This document shows positions 12,009 through 23,730 of a stretch of 64,000 bases of DNA, one piece after another. Source of the DNA: Paraglomus brasilianum. Its lineage: Eukaryota. The translations under genes and the position numbers were made by a program. The notes under the pieces were generated by a model that was not told the DNA's origin, made no database searches, and saw only the letters and a list, made by a program, of their open reading frames with translations. Position 1 is the stretch's first letter, and every line of letters begins with the position of its first letter. Location: positions 1-64,000 of the forward strand of contig CAJVPI010000009.1 in the NCBI GenBank assembly GCA_910592345.1, read 5' to 3'.

Positions 12009-15000
12009 CTATGCCCGATATCGACTCTGTTGTGTTCGACCACGCACACTATTGCCCAAGACATTGTTGAAATTGTTTCGAGATCGTTGTTGTTGTCCAC
12101 TACCCTTTTGATAAGCAGTATGTTTCTCTGAGTTTTGACGAGTTTGGTTGGATTGACCTACGTTATAAATAAGAATTTAGTATGGTTTATATATCAGATT
12201 GTGATAATTATCTGCAATCAACTTACCCTTGGGTCGCTGATCACGATTAACCAGTCCACTTTGCACTTTTTGTTCAAGGGCTCGCTCATTAGCTTCGACA
12301 AATGCAACCGCCTTTTCAGCAAACATAAGTGCTAGCTGTTGCACTTTGGTAGGTTCAACTCGATGTAGCACAACAACGTTGTTCACTTGATTCAATGATG
12401 CAGCCAGTTCCTCGTTCCAGATCATTTTTGAGACAATTGAAGTCACTGCATTCACGGGTAGAGAAAACATGGTTGCCAATTGATCCAGTCCAATAGTAGA
12501 GTAATAGGCTGAATATGTAAAGAGATATGTGCGGAGGCCTTCTTCTTGTATTTTTCGACAGAGCATTTCCTTAATTTTAGCTGTCCCTGGCATTAAATCC
12601 CATATCTTTATTGCACAGATAAGTTCCTGGCATTTCTGCCATTCACCTGCAGCAAGTGCTTTGGCAGCTCCCATTATGTGATCTCTTGTATTCTCGGGTG
12701 GTCCTGAAGGTTTAATGAAGAAAACGTGTAATTATTTGGAATAGATAGTGTTGTGCGCAGCATATTACAATATCAAAGTTAAATTATTCAAGCATCCCTA
12801 CTCACCACTAAAAACTTGTCTCTCGTTGTAGTCCAATAATCTTCGGAACGGTTTACTTATTATTTTCTTCTTTGCTTCCGGATTGGAACCTGCAGCTGCC
12901 ATACTTGGTATCTCCAATAGCATAGAACACGTTAAGTAGGCACATTCTAGTAATTCTAGGTTGATGTGCATATGGAATGGTAGTTGACGCTGTCTATCCA
13001 ACTTTTCTTGTTCGGGAGAAAGTTGAGAATATTTTTGTATTTGCAAGCCCTATATTGTCAAAATAGACGTTGTGTTCAGACTATCAATTACAGGCATTTA
13101 ATCAATCTACCTATTATTGTCAGTACATAAAATGTTGAAAGTTGACCTGTGCTAGTAGCTCCTTTGTCCTTCCAGTTCCACAAATATCCTGAAGACAGCT
13201 CTGTGCTTCTTTAATCATTCCTTCACGAAAGGCACATAATCCCACTTGCACCATAGTCCTATTGTGTAGAGTCTGGGTTGCAACATCTGCTTGATGGATG
13301 GTCTCTTGCAAATGTGACATCAATAACATATCACGTGCGGTATAGAACCTATTGTGAAGAGCATGATGGTATATGTGACACAGCATAGCCCGTGTACGTA
13401 GAAGAGACTCGCCTTTCTTATATAGATATACACAAAGTGCATGTATCAAGTCAGTCGAGTCATTTGTGACCGAGGGTGGAGTAATTTCCGACTTTAAAGT
13501 GTCAGGGAGACCTTCTGCGACCAAGCTTTCAACAGTTTGAATTACTTGATCAGGCTATGTGAAAATAATGGACGTCAGTTAATGGAATGTAAGTAATACT
13601 GGCCTGTAAAGGCTACGACGCACCTTATAATACAAATGCTCTAATCTTCGCATCACAACTCGACTAGTGCCATCATCCAATCCATGTTGTTCAAAGTATA
13701 TTTGTCCGCGCACTATTGTAGAATATAATTCAGTCTCGTCCTTCAATCGGTCAACATAATCCGTTGTATGCGGGTCAATATTCTGTAGAGATTTTGTAAA
13801 TTCATCATCCAGACGATCAATGTATGAGACAATAGATCCACGAATTCCGTGCGTTTTGCCAGGTTCAAGTACTGGTTCTTTGTCGGCTTCTTCTTCTTCA
13901 ACTTCTTCATGTATTACAAATTGTGGATTATTTTTCCAAAATCGCAAATAACTGATTTATCTGTTTCAAAGTACTTTAACGGAAAAAAAATATATACGGA
14001 TTTAATAAGCATGTATACGCTGTAATCCAAACATATTCCGTTCATATAAAGTATTTAACACCTTTTCCACATTTCAATGGATGTATAGCCGGTCATACTA
14101 GGATTGTAATCAAATTGGCAAGGAATTAAAACGAGTAGAACGCGAATAGATTGATACGGCGTATCAGCAAATTCCAAGAGTTTCTGAAGTGTCTTGATTT
14201 GCTCAAGCCTATCTGTGTTCTAGGAAAACATTGATAGCATGTTAGTATCAAGCAGCATACACCATAATATTGCAATCTTTGGCGGTTTGCCTAGTCTACC
14301 TTTTTGCCTCTAGCCTCCAACACTTCTCTCAATCGCCGAAACAAGCTTTCTGGAGTGTCCTCTATTAGGTCTACGGTGCTTTCGTGTTCCGTTCGACTCG
14401 GTTCACGCACTTCCTCTACTTCTTCTTCCTCTTCTTCGGCTTCTTCAACGGGATTCTGCGTTGACAGATGATACAAAAATATAGTCACTTTTATAAATAC
14501 AGGTATGGATGGTGATTATCGAATAAACAATCAAACATACTTCTCTCCATTTAGCAATCTGATCCTCGTATAACCTATTATTTTTCCGGATTTTTTGTTT
14601 CATCGTAACCATGGCCTTGGCCTGAATGGCGTTCATTTTCTTTTTAGCATCTTTCTCTTTGGCATCCTTTTCTTTTTTGCAACGATTCATTCAAGAAATC
14701 TTCAAGCTCGGCAATTATCTTTATATAAAGACGTGGCGGACCTTTTGGACTAACAGGGCCTTTCGCCAAAATCTTATTCAATTTATCAAATTCTGTAAAA
14801 CAAATATAGCGATAGAAATCACGTTAATTGTGATCGTAAAAATCAAATTCCTAACAATTCTTCGTTTCCACAAAAATATTACCAGTGGAGATAACAGCCC
14901 AGTCATTAATCTTCATGGCGTTTTCAATTGAACGCACGGATGTCTCGATCTCTTCCAATTTCTTGTCCTTTGCCGATTTTACGACCCGCTTTACTTCATC

Positions 15001-15192
15001 CGCAGAATCATCCGAATCAGATACAACACCGCGAATGAATCGACCTTTTGCTCCGGCTGCTATGGGTTGTCTTTCGGTTTCATCTTCGGATTCTTCTTCG
15101 GATAAGTCATCTGAAAGTTCCTCATCAGAAGTCAGCGACTCTTCTGACTCCGACTCTGACTCCGAACCTCCGCGAAAGAAACGACTACTCAT
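12009..15192 (-). CDS. NIP1: translation initiation factor eIF3 subunit C (9 exons; two apparent +1 frameshifts)
   Basis: [12 protein letters not shown] acidic N-terminus, [60 protein letters not shown]-terminal PCI domain. Confidence 0.93.
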
Positions 15193-15366
15193 TGGTAATG
15201 TTTATTGGAGATAGGCTTGTAGAGCGAAATATGGGTTGCGTGCTTGAGTTCACATGTTGCATTAAGGCGGTGGAACGAAAGCAGAACTTGAGGGTTCTTT
15301 ATACATACCTAAACTGCTGCTAAGATCTCAAATGTCTTGCTCAACACGCATATTATAATTTACTTG

Positions 15367-15399
15367 TGAAAAATTTTAAAGAAATTTTGAAACCACGTG
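15367..15399. promoter_or_regulatory. RRPE-like TGAAAAATTTT and CACGTG E-box upstream of eIF3c
   Basis: tgaaaaatttt at 15367-15377 and cacgtg at 15394-15399; a similar tgaaaattttt lies upstream of RPS11 (55319-55329). Confidence 0.4.
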
Positions 15400-15595
15400 A
15401 TTTAATGTAACCATATTAATATCAGACAACATTACGCAGTAACTTTTTTATGTGACGGTTTGTATTTTAACCCACAGTTTGATCGGTGTAGTCATCACAT
15501 AACTAGTGGAAATAATATGTATACTAAGTCAATGTAATTCAATGAACATGATGTATAATTGAATAGTTTACCTTGTCATGATTGATTGCAAATAG

Positions 15596-15693
15596 TACGT
15601 AACCGGGCAAAAGAACTCGCCGAGCTCCTTTCTGAAGTTGACAGAATTCACGTACATCCGAAAAAGACCCGTGCGAACAGGCAGAAATACACT
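15596..15693 (+). pseudogene. isolated epsin (Ent3-like) ENTH-domain exon fragment
   Basis: After an aatag acceptor the frame reads VRNRAKELAELLSEVDRIHVHPKKTRANRQKYT, matching the last ENTH helix (NVRNRAKELxELLSDxDRIR..RKKARANRxKY). No other exons nearby. Confidence 0.7.
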
Positions 15694-15929
15694 ATACACA
15701 TCACTACACATCTATCTCAATTCCATAAATAACGGATCACTGAAAATGATTGCTCTGCTGTTTGCTCAACAAGACTTTAATAGTATTTAGGGTGATGGCT
15801 ATGTTTAAATCTTTCTTGAGCAAGGAGGTTCCCTCCTCCCAGAAACTCATAAGACATTTTGCTTACAGCAACGTACAGTCATTCTATAAATTAATAACCA
15901 AAAATTCGTAACGTATCATGTCGAAAATC

Positions 15930-16729
15930 TCATGAGACTAGTCTCATCGGCCAATACACGTCTACAAAATAAATAATAGTTAGGAAGTCACCGCGCAAGC
16001 AATAAAAAATGTACCAATTACGAATGAATCATACCTGGATCTGCTTTCTCTTGTTCTGGCGACTGTTTCCAATTATGCCTGGATTTACCTGGAACAGGTG
16101 GCAATTTATTTTCAGAATAGAAAGCCTCGGGTGATGAGGCTATGATTTCTGTTATTGAAAGCTTCTCTGGTAATGTGGCTATCTGTGTTGATTCACCCTC
16201 TTTACCGCTCGCAATGCTATCAAAGATTCGCATTAAAAACAGTGAGTTTCGTGTATAAACAATATACGGTCATATTTCGTTTTGGCCTTTGTTGTACCTT
16301 TTAAGGTTTGTTGCCGCAATCAAACCAGCAATGTCATTTTGAGTATAAAATTCTGTCCGAGGGTAGTTCCGTCTGGTATCGCGAGTGTAATAATAATTTT
16401 GCGCTAAATCTGAATGTTTCGTTTTTGCATGTTTGTATGTTGGTGGCTGGGAACTACAGATTAACAACATATGTCAGACATTGAATCTATGCGACAAGAG
16501 TCTAATAAATCTTCTCATACCCAGGAGACGGTACACGATAAGTTCCAGTTAATGGAATACCACTGTTCGCATCAGGATTCTATTATCCAAAACAAGAAAC
16601 CGATGAGATCTGCAAGAGCGAGGTCTAACTAGTGTCCCATTAACAGACACTCGTACTCAAACTTACCACGGCGAGAAGTCGTCGAAGCTTGTCAAAAAAT
16701 TTGCTCTTGATTCCCAAAGTATATGACAT
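15930..16729 (-). CDS. NADH:ubiquinone oxidoreductase 21.3-kDa accessory subunit (NUZM/NDUFA7-like), 5 exons
   Basis: MSYTLGIKSKFFDKLRRLLAV|NPDANSGIPLTGTYRVPSPG|SQPPTY...DLAQNYYYTRDTRRNYPRT...LPPVPG...DP|DVYWPMRLVS*; RDxRRxYP signature. Confidence 0.8.
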
Positions 16730-17009
16730 TTTTTAAAAATTTGTTCTTCTAAAAAATATTAGAGTTGAGTTATTATCATCACATGACAATAGCTCGAATA
16801 TGTTGTTACACAGCAGAATCTGGGAATGTATTAATTAGCTGCCGCGTTATATTATCTCTTTTCTGCTTACAATTGTTTATTGAATCTGCCTCTGTAAAAC
16901 ACATCCCCCATCAACCGCGAAAAAGACAATTGAATCAACAAAACAACAAACTCTAGTTATTGCAACTATAAACTATGCTATAATTCTCTCTGAAAATTCA
17001 TAAACCACG

Positions 17010-18535
17010 CGAAAGAAAAACATTATTGACTTTATACCGGAAAACTATTATGGACTTGGAGACCGGCCGCATAAATATAATCAGCACAACGCCAATAACG
17101 ACAGAAGAGCCTATTATCATGACATCAAACAAGAACTTTCAGATGAATTGGAATTTGTTTTTGGTAGTCTACCAAAGGATCAACAACAAGTTATAATGGA
17201 GATTGAAGCAACAGGATACAAAATTCAAAGTAAGTAAACTTGTAATGCTTGTATTATGTAACTACATGTAATTGTATTCCTTATATTAATATTTTTGTTT
17301 CATCTAGAAAAACGTGTTGGAATTTATGTAATGCATGACATTGACAAGTTAACAGATGGGGTCCAAAAAGTACTCATAAGTAAGGTAAGAACACTCTATT
17401 ACTTTTCTAAGAGTAAGATTTACTGTATTAGTATGATCAATAATAAGTGTGATTTGAAGAATCTGTCAAGAATATAGAAATCAAAAGAGGGTTTGTTAAT
17501 CCTTCTTCTCCAGGAATTTGTCAGTATTATTATGTAGAATCATTCATAATTGGCAGCTTAAGCTACACAACTTGGTCTGACAGATAATGGATCTAATACT
17601 AATATAATCCAACTGATTAATATTAAACAACTCTGGACAGACATACTAGGATGAGTTCCAAAAAGGCTTGAAGGGAAACACTGATCATCTCAGAGAATTA
17701 ATATTAATGGGTAATGTTAAAAATTTGGATTTGAATGAGGATGTACAATGGACTTTGCACACACTGAATGAAAGGTAAGCTTTTCAAACTCTGTTTTAGC
17801 TATGGCCAGTCTTCAAAGGAAATCTTACTCATTTTTTGTCCAAAGTGCATGCATTATTTGTACAGGCTTCATGTCAACAGATATGGCAGAGCATGATATT
17901 GAAATGCATATTCTAAGATAACCCCTTTTCAACCTTATTATGTCTGTTCCTACTACTTATACTACCCTTACATTTTGAGCATATGCAGATGACACCACAA
18001 TTATTGGCCACACTACACACTTCCAATGACCTCTTCCTTCTCCTCAACTCAATCTTTCCCCTTTATCATTCCATTACTGGTGGTCAAATTAATGTCCAAA
18101 AGTCCTCCCTTTATTATTATCCCCTATCACCTTTTACATTTCCATCTATTCCCAACTCTCCTCCTATTTTATCATTATCTGGCAAGTCAGTCACTTGCAT
18201 TTGTGAGTTATTATTATTTTGTCATGTAACTTTATTATCTTATTATAATCTTGATACTAATTAATTCTATCATGAAGTGGTGAAGCAGAATCAAGAGCAT
18301 CCAGGTACATTGACAGAATAATGGTGATAAGTTTGACTGGCTCATAGCTGTAAGTGTTTTCAGGTATTTTGTATTCAAGATGGCATTTGACAATAAGAAT
18401 TTGTCTACTATTGCTTAGAATTACTCAATACTTCCTGATGGTATCCATGGTGTTGAGCTGGGAGTTGGTGAAAATTCTGGCCCAAATCAAGTAGAAACAA
18501 TGGATCATGCCAATCTAGGGTTTATAAGGGTAGTA
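17010..18535 (+). pseudogene. decayed multi-exon gene with PD-(D/E)xK/Crinkler-REase-like motifs
   Basis: Fragments GEAESRAS...GDKFDWL and LPDGIHGVELGVGENSGP...DHANLGFIRVV separated by GT-AG introns; several stops and frameshifts; CpG-free. Confidence 0.45.
17922..18195 (+). mobile_element. LINE (L1/Tx1-like) reverse transcriptase fragment
   Basis: PLFNLI...TF*AYADDTTI (YADD at 17982-17993), then after a frameshift DLFLLLNSIFPLYHSITGGQINVQKS, the post-YADD SGxKINxxKS motif. Confidence 0.65.
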
Positions 18536-18900
18536 ATACACTTCAACTTTCAGCACAAGAATGACTAAAGCAGTGTAAAGAACTTTATTTACAAATAAAT
18601 ATGGACAGGTGGAACTCTACCTACTATGCATGCATGGTATGTATCTAATATGAATACTGATAGAGTTTTACAAAAAAGGAGGGAAAGTTGGAATGATTAT
18701 TATTATGCCTTACAGTTAGTTTCTGTTCATGTATCCTAATTATAATGGGGATGGGTTTTTTTTATATGTCAATGTGCACAAAGTTAAAGTTTTATTTACC
18801 TGTTATTAGGTTTGTTCAAGACATGGTTGACATGCTAGCACCAACTGGCAAATTTACATGTCATATTAATATTTCTGGTACAACTATTCTAATTCACAAC
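18536..18900 (+). mobile_element. hAT transposase relic
   Basis: KELYLQINMDRWNSTYY (hAT RWNSTY motif) and, after an intron, FVQDMVDMLAPTGKFTCHINISG (LxPFxxxTxxLSG-like). Confidence 0.55.
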
Positions 18901-21239
18901 ATATTAATATGAAGGGTTGAGGAATTCTTTTTGAATCAGTCATGCAGAATTTCTGACTAATTATGATAGCATATCGCCTAATTGGCAATCTTTTAAATAT
19001 ATTAATATCATTACAATTGTTGTTGTCTTATTGTTATCAAAGAGAAAATTCATAATTCATAGCAACATCAAAGCAAATAATAAAATTTGTGTAACATTAT
19101 ATTAATATGATCTTGTAATAGTAAGTCAATTCTAGCAAGCTTTAGTAGTTTCCAATAAAGATCTTACAATTCCAATGATGTGGACAATAGTAATGGGAAT
19201 GCTGATCATTGACCCTGTTAATTCTAGTGGCGGTCTAGTTAGAGTCTGTGCTGCCATCTACTGAACTTTGGACAGTGCCTTCTGAACATGTCTTAATCAT
19301 CTCTATTCATGATCCCCATTTTAAACATTCCAGCTGTTTTGATTCCACCTAATGACCTATCAATCAGAACAAATGAATTAGACAACTGGCTAGAAAATAT
19401 CTTTCAATCCCTGCCACTTCAGAAGGCTGGAACATAACAGCAATGAGAACGCGTTTATTATCTAATACTAATACTAATTTAGTTAACAGAATTTTGTTTC
19501 TACAAAGAAACACCAAGTATATTGAAATATTTCCGCTACAGTAAATTTTACTTTGGTGTTTTTAAATGTGCTGGCGATTTCTTTTAGCATCACATTACTT
19601 TCTACCTTCAAGGAGCTGTCAGCCGTTGTCGCTTTACTCAATTTCCGCATTGTAATCATCTGATTGCCGACAAAGATTATTGCTATTCGCACTCGGCAGG
19701 TGCGTAGTGTTATAACAAAGAATATTCGAAAGATGAGAATTAACATTCTATTGACTGAAATATCGAATATTACGTACACAACAGCAATATTACTAATAAT
19801 TAGAAACTGTCTAATTTAGATCAACACTATCACTATAGCCGGTTCAACTCGAATAAACCGATCAAATATTCGGTTTAGATTGAAACCGGTAATTGATAAC
19901 CGTTTTCAACAAAATTTATTTTAAATCCTATATTCGGCTTGTTCAAGTCGTCGGGTTTATTTCCCACCCAAAGTGTCACAACATTGAAATTTCTACTTTA
20001 TGATTACGCGTGTCTCTGGTTAAAATGTATGTGCCACTATTATCAAGGTAAGGTGTCTTTGCAATTAGTGTATACGTGTAATCTGGCTAGAATGAATATT
20101 TAGCTAGTTAGCATAATGAATGCAATGTCATCGACACCATAGTACATTCTGCCATTATAGAATATCAGTTTGTCGGCCTTTTACATAACCACTGTTGCAC
20201 ATGTGCACATGAACAAGTATGTCCCCTAAATTTGGCTGAGGATAAAAAGCGGGCTGTGTTTTAAGTAAGAATGACTGACATTTAAAAAAAAGGTGCCATC
20301 TCCCTTGCATCTGTCATCTACAGTAGGTTTTGTATATTTTCATAGCTTGCAGCGTTATAACTATTGTATTCGGAATACTGTACATTGAACGGATCACTCC
20401 TATATATATTAATGTATACCTTTTACATTCATTCCGAAATTTGGCAATCAGGAAAAAAAAATATTCCGTCCGCGCAAAATCTCCGATTTGCCTTTCCCTC
20501 CCAACATATGGTTGGATGGCTATAACATTGTTCGTAACGCACCCCTCATTTCGCACAATACCCCGATTGTCGATTGTCGAGATTACTAGACCTTTCGACT
20601 GTCATGTGCTGCATGTAGAACCGGGTATTCTTGAGCCACTTTAAACCTTGTGCTAAACCAAAATTAGCCAATCCAAACGGACATTCGAAGTAATACAAAC
20701 ATCCGGGGTAAAAATATTTTGTGTCGATAGCAGAGGAGCAAGGAATCGAGTGCTTGTCATTATGACGTTGAGTTTATAAACTGAAAAACAGCAGTTATAG
20801 TATTACAAACGACTGGGTGGCCGTGCGAAATGCTTGCATGAGGAAAAAATTTCTTTATTATGTTTTTTTCCTTAAAGGGGGCAAAGAATGCCAACGTTGT
20901 TAGATTTACAGATTGGATTCAAATTACAAAAAATCATTCTAATTAGAAGGTATATGACAAACGTACAATATGTAAAATGTTATGTGCGTGTAAAATGTAT
21001 ATGAACATGTGCACGTCTACATACACGAATTTTTTTTAATACAAAACAGTTGAACTCGTTGCAATTAATAATTAGCAAAAATGATAATAAAAAAAGGTTG
21101 TAAAAAAACGCAGACACAAAATCCCCCCAAAACATTTGATAAATACCTTACTTTCAATTATACAAATCTGACCACTCTATATTATCCAATTTTCTACAAT
21201 TACAAATACATCAAAATACTGTCCATCCACCACTTCCCC

Positions 21240-23730
21240 CTATTCCATCCCCTCTTTACACAATAAGGAGGTAACGCTCATTCTTCCCGATTCTCTATTA
21301 CTGTCTTTCTCTTGACCTCTACTCATGAGCCCTATATCCATATAGCCACCGTATGCACTGGATGCGTGTCTCGAATGTCGGTTATGCATACGAGTCATCT
21401 GGATGTTGCCAATGTGGCTGTGTGTTTGTTGGTTGGGATGAGATTGCGGAAAGATTTGCGTATTTGATAATGTTCGAGTAGTAGAAGATGCGTGAAATAC
21501 GCCGTGTCCAGTACTAGAACTGCCATTCCGTGGTGTTGCAGGGTACCCATCCACAAGAATCGATGGTGGGGATATTGCAACGCTATGATGATCGTCTATG
21601 TACGACTGAGAAGTCATAGAAGGAGTATTCGTTTGCATGTTTCGGTGAGCTTCCCTAGGATCTGGTTTGTAGTCATGTGGAATGTGTGGATGGTTTGTTA
21701 GGCTTGATTGTACTTGACGTTGTTGGTACATGTCAGGATGTGGTTGCCGAACTCTAACTGATGTGCTAGAGTATTCTTGAGGTGATGATGGGGTTTGAAG
21801 TGAATGAATCTGGTGTTGAGATTGTGAAGCGTGAGGATGGTTCGAGAGAGAAGAGTCGGACACTAGAAAAGCTGGCTGCTGTTGTTGCTGTTGTTGTTGT
21901 TGTAGCTGCTGGTGACGTTGTTGTAGCTGCTGTTGCTGTTGTTGTAACTGCTGTTGCTGTTGCTGTAACTGCTGTTGCTGTTGTTGTATATCCATGTTCG
22001 TTTCTCTACGCGCATAATCTCTGTTCTGATCAATATCAAACGCCCGATTCATTCTACTACCATGTCCAAATGATGCGACCCGCCCTATGCTTCCATTATT
22101 ACTATTCCCCGGCCTGGTCTTGGTAAAGTAAGCCACAACGTATAACTTGTTCCATGTATCCTTTCTCGATAAATCTCCACCAAGTCCACCACCAAAATGC
22201 ATTTTAACATTATACAAATCATATTCACCGCTTCTCTGTCTTAGTGATATCATATCAGAGACCTCAATAGCATGGCCACCGTTTGCTGCTGGATAGCGCA
22301 ACTCTTCAAGCGGAAGAGCATAGAATCCAGGGTCTTGCGTGGTTAAGGGTGGTTCGCGAAATGAGGGCGGGTACGGCGCATATGTCTGAGCATGGTAGTG
22401 ATTGTAATATTTTTCTGCATTGTCCGTAAGAGATATAACCATTTTGCGCAGACTGTCTCGGAAGGATGGGTGTACATATTCAAGAAGCGACTTGTGGGTC
22501 AATTCTTTCGAATAGTATCCTAGCATTGCTAACGATTCATCGGAAACACGAGCACACCAGATATCTGTAGCAGTAAGAAACATTATAACTGGAGGGTTTT
22601 CAGTTATTGGTGAAATTGACGGCGGCGTTTGTGGATATGTAGATGTTGTGAATATTGGTTGTGAATAAGACGTTACATATTGTGATGATGGCTTGATGTA
22701 TGAAGGAGAACGTTGATGATGTGGGGATATTGGAGAAAGTTGTTGAGGTGGAGACATGCAAGTCGGGTATTGTTGAGAGGGTTGCAATTGCTGAGGTAGA
22801 ATAAGTGGCGTTTGTCGTTGGGGTAGTTCTTGTGGCGGTGATGATTGAGGTGGCGATGTTTGTGATAATTGTGAGGGAGATGGTGACGGGGACGAGATGG
22901 AATTGGATGTTGTGGGCGGAAGAAAATGATGTATTTGTGGATTATTGGTCCACGTTTTTGTGGCGTGTGTGTTATATGGATGTGACTTTTTGTCTTTGAG
23001 TTTAGGACGTCCGCGCTTCTTATGCTTGATGTCGACACACGTATCCACTCTTCCTAGTGCAATGCAACGTTTGCATGGTCGTGATACTAGAGATTGGTAA
23101 AAAAAAAATAACAAGTTTGATAAGCAGGGTCTATAGGCAATAAATACGCAAATAAAAAAAATAAACTTTTCGTAAATAACTATTGGATTTCCCTAATAAA
23201 ACTAGTTCTGCATGTCAAGCATAAAGAAAGTGTTAAAAAAGGGGTTTCGGATGAGTAAATTTCCGAAAATTACTCCGAATAGCATTCCTAATTGGAGTGG
23301 GGTAAATATTCTCAATGGAGACGATGTGTGATGAAGATGGTAATATTTGATAAAGATGCATTATTACCGCTTATATATAATAACTTCTCCAAATTCGAAT
23401 ACTCTCTTCCTTGTATCAAGTTTTCGGTTACTTACCATCGCAAGCCAAGTGGGCTCTCTTGCAGTTAATGCATGCACTTGGCACATGGGTCTTGCTTGTT
23501 CTCTTTACAGTAGTGGCATTACTTGCATTCGCCATATTCGTCTCTTCAACATTAGAGTTGGTTGGTGGTGGCGTTGTTGCGATATGATGGTTTGATGGCT
23601 CGCTCGTTGCTTGTCTCGGGTACTGTGCATAAGTTGGATACAGCGAAGGGTCAAAGACATATGGTTTGTGTGTCCCGCTAGAGAAGTTTGGGAGCAGATA
23701 AGGCTGTTCAGGGCGTAATGGGGTAGTCAT
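21240..23730 (-). CDS. Zn(II)2Cys6 transcription factor with PAS-like domain and polyQ tract (AcuK/Rds2/Ert1-like), 2 exons
   Basis: HVPSACINCKRAHLACD|VSRPCKRCIALGRVDTCVDIKHKKRGRP across intron 23087-23435; PAS-like MLGYYSKELTHKSLLEYVHPS. Confidence 0.9.
21874..21987. repeat. CAA/CAG trinucleotide tract encoding polyQ
   Basis: (tgt/tgc)n on the + strand; protein QQQQQQLQQQQQQLQQQQQQLQQRHQQLQQQQQQQQQ. Confidence 0.9.

Noticed and set aside
15932..15947. Perfect 16-bp palindrome atgagactagtctcat at the end of the complex I subunit CDS
   Set aside because: Short, lies in coding sequence, no evidence of function.
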